In this document: piece after piece, positions 1 to 8,893 of the stretch
Layout: the number at the start of each line of letters is the position of its first letter
Position numbering within the stretch: the stretch's first letter is position 1
Assembly (NCBI GenBank): GCA_019058365.1
Contig: JAHPZE010000046.1
Coordinates: 1-23,892, forward strand
Source of the DNA: Promethearchaeota archaeon
Lineage (GTDB): Archaea; Asgardarchaeota; Lokiarchaeia; Sigyniarchaeales; SOKP01
Reading direction: 5' to 3'
DNA: 23,892 nt
Program-made: the position numbers and the translations under genes
Notes under the pieces: generated by a model
What the model saw: the letters and a program-made list of their open reading frames with translations, nothing else
Databases searched by the model: none
What the model was told of the DNA's origin: nothing

Positions 1-127
1 TGTAAGATTTAATTCAAGTTAAAGGGATTTAGACTTTAAAATCCTTTGGTACTGTTATTATTTTAAAAAGTTAAGTTAGAGAAATTAATCAATTTATTAT
101 TATACTAATCATCTGAACCTAGTAAGT

Positions 128-1414
128 TTATATTTGTTCTAATGCCTGATCTAGATCATCTCTTAAATCGTCCGGATCTTCTAATCCTACCGAAAATCTG
201 AAATGAGTGTTTGAAGTTTTCATGGCTTTACGCTCCCATGGTGCGAGCTCTAATCCTGTCATAATAGATGTATATTCTATAAGAGAAGTTAAATCACCTA
301 AAGAAACTCCAACTTTAATTAATTTTAAAAGTTCTATAAATTTATTGCTTGCTTCCACCGTTTCCAATTCAAATCCAATCATTCCACTAAAATCTTTCAT
401 TTGTTTCTTTGCGATTTCATGACCTGGATGAGATTTTAATCCAGGATATGCAACCTTTACAACTTTAGGATGCTTTTCTAAAAATTGAGCCAATTTCATT
501 GCATTTGATGAATGACGTGCCATACGTAGATTTAGAGTTTTAATTCCTCGTAAAATTAGCCATGCATTAAATGGACTCAGTACAGGACCCTGCATTTCAT
601 GCCAAAATAAACGAATATTTTGAATTTCGTTTTTTGGACCAATTATAGCTCCTCCTAAACAATCTCCATGACCATTAATATATTTTGTAAGACTCTCAAC
701 AACAAGATCAGCACCTAATTCGAGAGGACACTGAAGTGCTGGAGATGCAAATGTATTATCTACGATGCATTTACCATTAACTTCATGAATTATATTTGCA
801 CAAGCTTCAATATCTATTAAATCAATAGAAGGATTTGTGGGTGATTCTAGAAAAATAAACCTGGTGTTTTCATCAACAATTTTCTTTACTTCAGATAAAT
901 CACACATATTAACTATTTTACATTCAAATCCCATTTGAGGATATAATTTTGTGAGAAGACGGTATATATCTACATATTGATTAGTATGAATAATCCCATT
1001 AGGAATTTCTTTGGATTTAGGTTCTAGAAACAATTTTTTAATCTTATTTGGTCGAATACGTTCTACACGTTGTTGTAAAACACTTGAACAAGCGAGATGA
1101 ACAGCAGCCATTCCTGATGCGACAGAGATCGAGCTTTCTCCTTTGTGTAGAGTCGCTAATTTATTATCTAGTGCGTACACTGTAGGATTTTCTGTCCGGG
1201 AATAATGATAATGATTTCTCATTAGTTCACTTAGAGAAGAATAAGTATATGATTTTGAAGCATAAATAGGTGTTCGTATACTATGTGATGTTTCAGGATA
1301 GGGATCTTCACCAGCACGAATCAATTGAGTATCAAATTTTAATTTATCCCATTCAATTCGGTTCTCTTTATTTATCTCTTGGAATGTTTTTTTCTTTTCC
1401 GACATATTTTTCAC
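128..1414 (-). CDS. PLP-dependent Cys/Met metabolism enzyme (methionine gamma-lyase / cystathionine gamma-synthase family)
   Basis: Family motifs YSRTENPT, ASGMAA, FLESPTNP, VDNTF, SLTKYINGHGD (PLP lysine), VSLGD and RFSVGLED. The start may be the ATG at 1405 (MSEKK) rather than the GTG at 1414. Confidence 0.9.
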   Translation of the reverse strand: MKNMSEKKKTFQEINKENRIEWDKLKFDTQLIRAGEDPYPETSHSIRTPIYASKSYTYSSLSELMRNHYHYSRTENPTVYALDNKLATLHKGESSISVASGMAAVHLACSSVLQQRVERIRPNKIKKLFLEPKSKEIPNGIIHTNQYVDIYRLLTKLYPQMGFECKIVNMCDLSEVKKIVDENTRFIFLESPTNPSIDLIDIEACANIIHEVNGKCIVDNTFASPALQCPLELGADLVVESLTKYINGHGDCLGGAIIGPKNEIQNIRLFWHEMQGPVLSPFNAWLILRGIKTLNLRMARHSSNAMKLAQFLEKHPKVVKVAYPGLKSHPGHEIAKKQMKDFSGMIGFELETVEASNKFIELLKLIKVGVSLGDLTSLIEYTSIMTGLELAPWERKAMKTSNTHFRFSVGLEDPDDLRDDLDQALEQI

Positions 1415-1539
1415 ATTATATATTAAAGTTATTATAGTTTATTTGGCATTACATTTCAATATTCAATATTTAGATAAAGTTTTTTACGCATTTTCAATTA
1501 TAGAAAGGAAAGTTATTATGAATAAAAATTGAGTGTAAA

Positions 1540-2190
1540 ATGACAATAGAAGAAAAAATAAAAGAATTAATCATAGAGTGGAATGAAGATGGATTAAAAG
1601 AATTATGTCGTAGCATTCTTGAAAGTAATGAAGCTACACCAGCAGAATTATTGAAAATTATTGGGAAAGTAATGCAGTTTATAGGCAAACAGTTTGAAGA
1701 TGAAGAAATTTTTCTTCCAGAATTAGTTGGTTCAGCAAATGTTGTAAAAAATGTAATTGATGAGATTTTAGACCCCGCGATTAGGCAATCAGGTGGAACT
1801 AAAGAAACCCTAGGAAAGGTAGTAATAGGGACTGTTGAAGGAGATGTTCATAGCATAGGAAAAGATCTTGTTGGAAGCTTTCTTTTTTCTAACGGATTTG
1901 AGGTATTTAATTTGGGAGAGGAAGTTGCAGCCTCCGTATTTGTAGATAAAGCAGAGGAAGTTGGAGCCCAAATTATTGGTCTGTCATCTTTATTAACAAT
2001 GTCGATGGGATTTCAGCGAGAAGTTATAAAAGAGCTTAATAAGAGAAATTTAAGGGAGAAATATAAAGTAATTATTGGAGGGTCTCCGACCTCCATTGAG
2101 TATGCTGATGAAATTGGTGCTGATGGATGGGCTGATGATGCTATTGAATCAGTTAAGCTAGTAAAAAAATTACTTGGAGTTAATAATTAG
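1540..2190 (+). CDS. Corrinoid (B12-binding) methyl-carrier protein, MttC/MtbC-like
   Basis: N-terminal helical cap with FEDEEIFLPEL, DxHxxG motif (GDVHSIGKDLV), GLSSLLT, IIGG and IGADGWA; lies 14 bp upstream of an MttB homolog. Confidence 0.92.
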   Translation: MTIEEKIKELIIEWNEDGLKELCRSILESNEATPAELLKIIGKVMQFIGKQFEDEEIFLPELVGSANVVKNVIDEILDPAIRQSGGTKETLGKVVIGTVEGDVHSIGKDLVGSFLFSNGFEVFNLGEEVAASVFVDKAEEVGAQIIGLSSLLTMSMGFQREVIKELNKRNLREKYKVIIGGSPTSIEYADEIGADGWADDAIESVKLVKKLLGVNN

Positions 2191-2204
2191 GAGATGATTA
2201 TCAA

Positions 2205-3731
2205 ATGAAATTAAAAAGAATTGAAGTTCTCTCAAGTGATGAAATACGAGCTATCAATTCTTCGACTTTAACAATTCTCACAAAAGTGGGAATTAAAATA
2301 GATTCTCCCTCTGCCAGAACTTTATTAAAGAAAAATGGAGCAGAAGTTGATAATAATAGTCTCTATATTAAACTACCAGAGTCTTTAATTAAGGAAAAAC
2401 TAAAAGAAGTTCCAGATTCCTTTAAATTGCATGGACCAGATGGCAAATTTAATTTTGAGGTGAATACCACTTCCACTCAATTTGCTACAATTGGAACACC
2501 AGTAAAAATTTATGACCCAAGTAATAAGAATGGTGTTCGAAAAACTGTTTTAGCAGACACAATCAAGCAGATTAGGATTGTTGATTCTTTAAAAAATATA
2601 AATTGTTCTCATGTGGATGTCTGGCCTAATGATATTAATTATCTCTCCCTTCACGCTCATTGTATTTATCAATGGGTTCATAATACTCGAAAACCCTATG
2701 GACTTGGATGCTTAGGAAGAGTTGCAAGCCAAGATATGATGAATATGGCATCTATCATAGTTGGAAGTGACGAGGAACTCATTAAAAATGCTCGCTTTGT
2801 CGGGTTCATGAACCCTACAAGTCCTTTGCACCTCCCTCAATTAATGACAAATGGTCTTGAAATTTTTGCTAAATATAAGCAACCAACAATAATCGCTCCA
2901 GAAGCATTAGCGGGATCAACAGCACCGGTGACTTTAGCTGGTTTGATAACTCAAATCAATGCAGAAATCATTGGAGGAATAGTATTAGCCCAACTATATA
3001 ATTCTGGAGCTCCTGTATTTTTTGGTACAGTTTCTACCATCACAGATATGAAATCTGGGAATGCCGCATTAGGTTCAATTGAAACAGGACTTATTACTAC
3101 TGCAATTGCTCAAATGGCTCGTTATTATAGCATACCTTCGAGAGGACCTGGTGGTATTACAGATTCCAAAGTACTCGATGTCCAATGTGGGTTTGAAAGA
3201 TTACAAACATTATTAGTTTCTGCACAAGCCGGAATAAATTATATCACTTGTGCTGGAACTTATGAGGAAACATTGATAGAAGCACTAGAACTCCTTGTAA
3301 TTGATGATGAGTTAGCAGATATTATAAAACGTTTACTTAAAGGGGTTAATGTAAACGAAGATACAATTGGGTTAGATGTTATAGAAAAAGTCGCTTTAAG
3401 TCAGAAAAAGGGTGTAAATTACTTAGGTGAGGCTCATACTCGTAAGTTCATGAAAGATGAACTATTTATACCTTCTCTAATTGATAGAAATCGACGTTCT
3501 ACATGGCGTAAAAAAGGATCAAAAGATATAATTGCTAGAGCTGGAGTGCAGGTTGAAAAAATTCTCCAATCATTTAATCCTCCCGAAGTTGAAAATGAAA
3601 TTGAAACCAAACTTTTAAATTATATAAAAGAAGTTGAAAGTAGAACTCTAGAATATTATAAAAAAGTAGAAGGGATATCTGCAGGAACGGTATCTCTCCC
3701 AGGTACAGAAATAAATGTTAAAGATAAATAG
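2205..3731 (+). CDS. Trimethylamine methyltransferase (MttB) superfamily protein, non-pyrrolysine
   Basis: 508 aa with motifs NPTSPL, LAGSTAPVTLAG..Q.NAE, TDMKSG, TDSKVLDVQCGFE, LVIDDE and YLGEAHT. No internal TAG. SD-like GGAGATGA upstream. Confidence 0.9.
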   Translation: MKLKRIEVLSSDEIRAINSSTLTILTKVGIKIDSPSARTLLKKNGAEVDNNSLYIKLPESLIKEKLKEVPDSFKLHGPDGKFNFEVNTTSTQFATIGTPVKIYDPSNKNGVRKTVLADTIKQIRIVDSLKNINCSHVDVWPNDINYLSLHAHCIYQWVHNTRKPYGLGCLGRVASQDMMNMASIIVGSDEELIKNARFVGFMNPTSPLHLPQLMTNGLEIFAKYKQPTIIAPEALAGSTAPVTLAGLITQINAEIIGGIVLAQLYNSGAPVFFGTVSTITDMKSGNAALGSIETGLITTAIAQMARYYSIPSRGPGGITDSKVLDVQCGFERLQTLLVSAQAGINYITCAGTYEETLIEALELLVIDDELADIIKRLLKGVNVNEDTIGLDVIEKVALSQKKGVNYLGEAHTRKFMKDELFIPSLIDRNRRSTWRKKGSKDIIARAGVQVEKILQSFNPPEVENEIETKLLNYIKEVESRTLEYYKKVEGISAGTVSLPGTEINVKDK

Positions 3732-3733
3732 AC

Positions 3734-4441
3734 TTATTTCAACTTTTCTTTAACTTTTTTAAGGATTTCTATTATATTTACCCTTAGCATGAGATATACT
3801 GTAATTACAGTGAAATATAAAGTCACTATACTGAATATCCAATTTTCTCCTCCTAAAAACATACAAATATTGAGTATATTGTAGGCAAAAATAAGCATTA
3901 ATCCAAGCTTTCCAAACCATACCCAAAAAATTGTCTTTTTAACATCGTATTTTATTAATCCTAAAGGTACTGTTATCATATCATCATTTAAGGGGGTAAT
4001 CCCAAAAAGATATATGAGAAATGGAGCAATTTTTGGATGATCAACTAAATATTGCTGATATTTTTTTAGATTTTTAGTTCTATCCGCAGAAATTACTTCT
4101 GAAGCGCCTCTACCTATAAAATATCCCACCATTTCTCCTATGAGACATCCTAAGGAGGCAATAAATCCAACTAAAAGAGGGACAAAAATATTTAACTGTC
4201 GAAAAGGTTCAGAACTAAAACAGACAACAAAAGTATATGGAGTAGGAACAGGAAGTAAGGTTCCAACTATACAGACCCAAAAAGTAATTAGAAGACCAAA
4301 ATTTATATCCTGAAATTGCGGATATCTTGAAATATTTTCTATAGCTTCTCTATGAGAAATATTTACTAAAAGATCTAACGACAGAATTGTTAAAAGTATA
4401 AATATAATAATAAAGACAACGTCAATCTTTTTCAGTTTCAA
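3734..4441 (-). CDS. DedA/VTT (SNARE-associated) family membrane protein
   Basis: Several TM helices; re-entrant-type LLPVPTPY, GCLIGEMVGYFIGRG, FGITPLNDD..VPLG and WFGK; TTG start. Confidence 0.75.
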   Translation of the reverse strand: MKLKKIDVVFIIIFILLTILSLDLLVNISHREAIENISRYPQFQDINFGLLITFWVCIVGTLLPVPTPYTFVVCFSSEPFRQLNIFVPLLVGFIASLGCLIGEMVGYFIGRGASEVISADRTKNLKKYQQYLVDHPKIAPFLIYLFGITPLNDDMITVPLGLIKYDVKKTIFWVWFGKLGLMLIFAYNILNICMFLGGENWIFSIVTLYFTVITVYLMLRVNIIEILKKVKEKLK

Positions 4442-4515
4442 TATAAATTACACAATTTTTTTTAATAATTTAGGTTAAAGGATATAGAATTATATATTTA
4501 ATTATTTAAAATGTA

Positions 4516-4668
4516 TTAAGGCATTGAAAGTGCTATAAAAAGAATTGAGAGTGCAATACTAATAGAAAGCACAATAATAAGTATTAAGCCATAAGTTTTC
4601 CTTTTCTTTTGTCTCCTTGTTATTGTGGTTTTACGCTTTGGAGATGGCCTACGTCTAACATGAGACAT
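4516..4668 (-). CDS. Small (50 aa) basic, C-terminally anchored membrane protein (not in the ORF track)
   Basis: Hand translation from ATG 4668 to TAA 4516: MSHVRRRPSPKRKTTITRRQKKRKTYGLILIIVLSISIALSILFIALSMP. It fills the gap between two same-strand genes and has a positive-inside N-terminus plus one TM helix. Confidence 0.7.
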   Translation of the reverse strand: MSHVRRRPSPKRKTTITRRQKKRKTYGLILIIVLSISIALSILFIALSMP

Positions 4669-4699
4669 TGTATCTAATTTAAAAGGGATGATTTTAGAT

Positions 4700-5383
4700 T
4701 TAATTATCTTTTCTATCAGATTTTTGTAGAAGCTCAGTTAATACTACATTATTATATGAGAAAAGCATCCTAGGGATATAATTTTCAGCTAAATATGGTC
4801 CATCATCAATTTCTTCTTTTAATGGGAAGAGCTTTTTCTCTTTTATAACAGACCCTAAATAATTTCTATCATATTCTTTATAGCCAAATACTTTATTTTT
4901 AACTATGACCATTTTTCTTTCGTATCCTTGGGGTACTCCAGCCTTCTCAAGAAGTAATAGTATCTTTTCTCTAGATAAGGATTTAATTAATTCTAAATCT
5001 TCCTCAGTTTCTTTATATGCAGGTCCAGTCTGTGCTTCTACATAATCGGGTTCTTCTTCTAAACCAGCAGCTACTTTGAAACCTAAAGTCTCATTACCCT
5101 CGTCAACTGCTGAAATCTTAAAACCAATTCCATATCTATCCCTAATACTAGGTGCTAATTTGGCTGCAATGAATTTCATCCTCGTAGTCGAATTACTTCC
5201 ATGCCAAATCCAAACTCTATATCGAGTTGGGTCAACAATTAGGAGTACGAAATCTGAATCTAATAGTTCAGTTAATTTAATGTCGTCTTCTACCTCTAAT
5301 TCTTGAAATTCATTCAATTCATCATTATATTGGAAAACGATTATTTTCTTTTTTTCTACTTCCGGGATCTTTTCATCTAGCAT
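4700..5383 (-). CDS. Gelsolin-like domain protein with an uncharacterised C-terminal domain
   Basis: LDSDFVLLIVD...VWIWHGSNSTTRMKFIAAKLA...VDEGNET matches the gelsolin/villin repeat pattern LxSxDxxxLD..xxxWxG.....E....A.......EGxE. Confidence 0.7.
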   Translation of the reverse strand: MLDEKIPEVEKKKIIVFQYNDELNEFQELEVEDDIKLTELLDSDFVLLIVDPTRYRVWIWHGSNSTTRMKFIAAKLAPSIRDRYGIGFKISAVDEGNETLGFKVAAGLEEEPDYVEAQTGPAYKETEEDLELIKSLSREKILLLLEKAGVPQGYERKMVIVKNKVFGYKEYDRNYLGSVIKEKKLFPLKEEIDDGPYLAENYIPRMLFSYNNVVLTELLQKSDRKDN

Positions 5384-5480
5384 AATACTGGTTTAACAGT
5401 GTTTGTTATATATAACTATATAATTTTACTAATATATTATTATTTTTAATTTAAAAATAGATGGTTCTACATCTAAATAT

Positions 5481-6278
5481 TTATTCAAGAAACTCAAATA
5501 AAGATCTAATAAATAATTCTGGTTCATGTGGATATATAGCATGAGCACTATTTTTAAAAATAATAAGCTTTGCTCCAGATATCAACTCAGCTAATATTTC
5601 ACCATTCTGGGGTGGAACAAGAATATCATATTTACCTTGCATAATTAATGTTGGAGTCTCCATTTTTTTGAGTTTTCTACATGAGTTAAAATTAAACATT
5701 GCTTTAACTTGTCGAACATAACTATTATATGGAATACGGCATTTTAGAATTCTTTGAATTTTATCATCGATATATTCAGGATTATTCTTAATAAAATCTT
5801 TAGTAAATACGAGAGATATAGTGGCTTTAGCCATTCTTTCTGGTGTTAAACCTTCAACTGCCCCTATTATTAATTTATATGCAGCAAGATCTGGAGGGAC
5901 TGTTTTCCTTCCTCCGCAAGCAGCACCCCATAGAATAAGTTTTTCAACTTTTTCGGGATAATTTAAGGCTACTTCCTGTGCTATCATTCCTCCCATCGAA
6001 AAACCAAACATGTGTGAGCGATCAATACTTAAGGCATCCATTAACCCAACAGTGTCATCAGCCATCATTTTTATAGAATATTCCCCCTCTGGTATGTCAG
6101 TTTGACCTGAACCTCTGTTATCAAATATTATTACTTTAAATCTTTTCGAAAGTGCATCGATTAATGGTTTATCCCATACTTTAAGACAAATGGAAACTCC
6201 TGTTATCATTATAAGTGGGTATCCATCTCCATGAATTTCATAATTAATAGATATATCGTTAACTTTAATTTTAGGCAC
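5481..6278 (-). CDS. Alpha/beta hydrolase (Abhydrolase_1 / enol-lactonase-like)
   Basis: FDNRGSG, nucleophile elbow GFSMGG, acid residue in GKYDILVP, His in SAHA; GTG start preceded by SD GGGGAG. Confidence 0.9.
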   Translation of the reverse strand: MPKIKVNDISINYEIHGDGYPLIMITGVSICLKVWDKPLIDALSKRFKVIIFDNRGSGQTDIPEGEYSIKMMADDTVGLMDALSIDRSHMFGFSMGGMIAQEVALNYPEKVEKLILWGAACGGRKTVPPDLAAYKLIIGAVEGLTPERMAKATISLVFTKDFIKNNPEYIDDKIQRILKCRIPYNSYVRQVKAMFNFNSCRKLKKMETPTLIMQGKYDILVPPQNGEILAELISGAKLIIFKNSAHAIYPHEPELFIRSLFEFLE

Positions 6279-6377
6279 AGAAATTACTCCCCTAATATAT
6301 TTACAAATAGATTTCTTTATAGGAATTATTTTTCTTTAAAAAAAAATTATTTAAAAACTTTAAAAAGTTTTATAAAA

Positions 6378-7175
6378 TCATTTTAAAAACTCAACTAAAC
6401 TTTCAATGAATTTATTGCGTTCCTCTACGTAAGGAACATGTGCACTATTTTTAAATAAAATGAGCTTCGCTCCTGGTATTAATTCCATTAAAATCTTACC
6501 ATTCTGGGCGGGAACCAAGATATCTTTTATTCCATGCATAATAAGGGTAGGGACTTTAACATTTTTTAACTTTTCACATACATCAAACGTCTCAATTGCT
6601 TTTATTTGTCTATTATAAATTTTAATTGATGTTTGTATCTTCCTCATATTCTGAATTGCCAGTTCTACAAATTTAGGATTTTTTTTCATGAAGTCTTCAG
6701 TATAAAATATTGATAACATATTTCTTGCTATATCCTCTGGGGATAGTTTTTCTTGCGGTTGATCTAAAATTTGTTTAACTTTAGATGAGCTTGGGATTAA
6801 TTTAGATTGTCCACAATGAGATGAGCATAACACTAATTTGTTAACTCGCTCAGCATAATTTAGAGTTAATTGCTGGGAAATCATACCTCCCATGGAATGT
6901 CCGAATATATTAGCTTTATCTATATTTAGAATATCCATTAAACCGATTGTATCATCCACTAAAGTATTTACTATGTAATCATAATCTGAATTATCTGAAC
7001 GCCCTGTACCTCTATTATCAAAAACAATTACTCTATAGTTATTAGCAATCTTTTTTAATAAAGATTTCCCCCACCAATCGATGTTAGCTTGCAATCCTAA
7101 AATCATCAGTAGAGGAAAGCCTTTACCATATTCCTCATAATATATATAAATATCATTAACTTGGACTTTTGGCAT
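6378..7175 (-). CDS. Alpha/beta hydrolase, tandem paralog of 5481..6278
   Basis: FDNRGTG, GHSMGG, GIKDILVP, SAH. Start moved to ATG 7175 (MPKVQVNDI), which matches the paralog N-terminus MPKIKVNDI and gives the same 265-aa length. Confidence 0.9.
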   Translation of the reverse strand: MPKVQVNDIYIYYEEYGKGFPLLMILGLQANIDWWGKSLLKKIANNYRVIVFDNRGTGRSDNSDYDYIVNTLVDDTIGLMDILNIDKANIFGHSMGGMISQQLTLNYAERVNKLVLCSSHCGQSKLIPSSSKVKQILDQPQEKLSPEDIARNMLSIFYTEDFMKKNPKFVELAIQNMRKIQTSIKIYNRQIKAIETFDVCEKLKNVKVPTLIMHGIKDILVPAQNGKILMELIPGAKLILFKNSAHVPYVEERNKFIESLVEFLK

Positions 7176-7243
7176 AAATAACCTTTTTCTTTTATATAAG
7201 ATAAATATCTCACAATATTTGAAGAAGAACAATTATCAATTAA

Positions 7244-7328
7244 TGCGGGAAGGGAGATTTGAACTCCCGAACTCCTACGAGAATGGGTTCTGAGCCCATC
7301 GCCTTTGACCAAACTTGGCAATTCCCGC
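7244..7328 (-). tRNA. tRNA-Leu(CAG)
   Basis: Minus strand GCGGGAATTGCCAAGTTTGGTCAAAGGCG-ATGGG-CT CAG AA-CCCAT-TCTCGTAGGAGTTC-GGGAG-TTCAAAT-CTCCC-TTCCCGC-A: 7-bp acceptor stem, long variable arm, discriminator A, no intron, CCA not encoded. Confidence 0.96.
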
Positions 7329-7435
7329 AATAATTGTGTATTTTATCCAAATAACTTATTTTTTTAAATAATAATTATTTAAAATTCCTAAAAATTTTAA
7401 TCATTACGTTTACATTTCATTCCCTTCACAGAACC

Positions 7436-8062
7436 ATGCAAGAACTTTTAGATAAAATTCAAACACTTAAAGCTAGTGAAGTTAAAGATCATGTAGATGC
7501 TCGTATAACTGAATTTAGCGAGGTTAAAACTCAACCTATCAATTTAATATTTAAGGAACTGTGCTTTTGCATTACCACTGCAAATTGTAGTGCAGAACGA
7601 TGTATTGAGGTGCAAGAAAAGATGGGTAATGGATTCCTTACTTTATCCGAAATACAGTTAGCGTCTAAGTTAAAGGAATATAAATATAGATTTCCAAATG
7701 TGAGGTCCAAGTATATCTTTGAGGCTAGAAAAAAAATATCTCAGTTAGAAAGCAATATTAAATCTGGTGATAATGGATCAAATTTACGAGAATGGATTGT
7801 GAAGAACGTAAAAGGGATTGGCTATAAAGAAGCCAGTCATTTCTTAAGAAATATTGGGTATAATGATTACGCTATCATTGATTTTCACATTATAGATCTT
7901 TTAGTTAGTTATAATCTAATTCAAAAACCAAAATCATTGACTAAAAAAAAATATCTCGAAATTGAGGAGATATTAAAAAATATAGGACAGAAACTTAATT
8001 TAAATTTAGCTGAACTAGATTTATTCTTATGGTATATAGAAACGGGAAAAATTCTTAAATAG
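7436..8062 (+). CDS. ogg: 8-oxoguanine DNA N-glycosylase/AP lyase (archaeal Ogg2 type)
   Basis: FKELCFCITTAN, YRFPNVR, HhH motif VKGIGYKEASHFLRN with the catalytic Lys, AIIDFH with the catalytic Asp, and C-terminal LDLFLWY..TGKILK. Confidence 0.93.
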   Translation: MQELLDKIQTLKASEVKDHVDARITEFSEVKTQPINLIFKELCFCITTANCSAERCIEVQEKMGNGFLTLSEIQLASKLKEYKYRFPNVRSKYIFEARKKISQLESNIKSGDNGSNLREWIVKNVKGIGYKEASHFLRNIGYNDYAIIDFHIIDLLVSYNLIQKPKSLTKKKYLEIEEILKNIGQKLNLNLAELDLFLWYIETGKILK

Positions 8063-8111
8063 TCAAGATATTTAAAAATCAAATAAAAAATAAAAATGAA
8101 AAGGGAAAGAA

Positions 8112-8783
8112 ATGAATCCTACGTGCCATAACTGTAATAGTTTAAATTTTTGTATCCGTGGAAAACCAAACAAAAACCTGGAAAACTGTCCTATGATTAT
8201 GAGTCCTGAAATTGAAGATGAAGCCTTCAATCGTTATAAAACTAACGAGGTTATTAAAAAAACCACAAAAATGGCATCAATTGTGGAAGCTTCAGGATAC
8301 ATTCATTGGCCTCGTTTAAAAGATACCATAGAATTTGCTACAAGAATGGGTTATAAAAAAATCGGATTAGCTTTTTGCGTTGGTTTAAGAAGAGAAGCAA
8401 AAAGGATTGCAGAAATTTTAGATAATTATGATTTTGAAGTATGTTCGGTTTGTTGTAAAACGGGATCAATTGAAAAAACAGAAGTAGGAGTTCCTAAAGA
8501 GTTTACAATCTTCTCGAAAACGGGATATCCTCTTGGTTTTGTTACATGTAACCCTGTTGCTCAAGCTATGCTATTAAATAAGGCTAAAACAGATTTAAAC
8601 TTGATAGTTGGTTTATGTGTGGGACATGATATTACTTTTACACAGCTCTCAAATGCTCCAGTTAGTACTCTAATTGCAAAAGATAGATCAAATCCACATA
8701 ATCCTGCAGCAGTTTTATATACATCATATGGAGATTCTTATTTTGCGAAAGATGTAAAAATGAGGAGGGAAGAAAAGAAATAA
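8112..8783 (+). CDS. DUF1847 family Cys-rich putative metal-binding protein
   Basis: CHNC..C..C N-terminus, KIGLAFCVGL..EA, SVCCKTG, CNPVAQA, GLCVGHD, LIAKDR..HNP. Confidence 0.85.
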   Translation: MNPTCHNCNSLNFCIRGKPNKNLENCPMIMSPEIEDEAFNRYKTNEVIKKTTKMASIVEASGYIHWPRLKDTIEFATRMGYKKIGLAFCVGLRREAKRIAEILDNYDFEVCSVCCKTGSIEKTEVGVPKEFTIFSKTGYPLGFVTCNPVAQAMLLNKAKTDLNLIVGLCVGHDITFTQLSNAPVSTLIAKDRSNPHNPAAVLYTSYGDSYFAKDVKMRREEKK

Positions 8784-8893
8784 AATTTTAAGTAAACAAA
8801 ATTGCACAGAAAATTCTTTTTAGAATTAGATTCATGAAGGTTTTGAAAGAGAGGATTAAGAAATTTATAATTAAAAAAATAAAAATCAGAATT

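Noticed and set aside
2205-3731. Pyrrolysine readthrough in MttB
   Set aside because: There is no internal TAG, and the equivalent position is Ile. The terminal TAG abuts the convergent DedA gene.
7244-7290. tRNA 3' end as an integration (att) site
   Set aside because: I saw no duplicate of the tRNA 3' end and no integrase or transposase in the window.
7106-7330. 74-aa minus-strand ORF, and the 7232 start given for the hydrolase
   Set aside because: The ORF is a translation of the tRNA-Leu gene. The hydrolase start at 7175 matches its paralog exactly.
8812-8835. SECIS element for the TGA-containing gene
   Set aside because: Only a 6-bp AT-rich hairpin; the 3' GA of the kink-turn core and the lower stem are missing.
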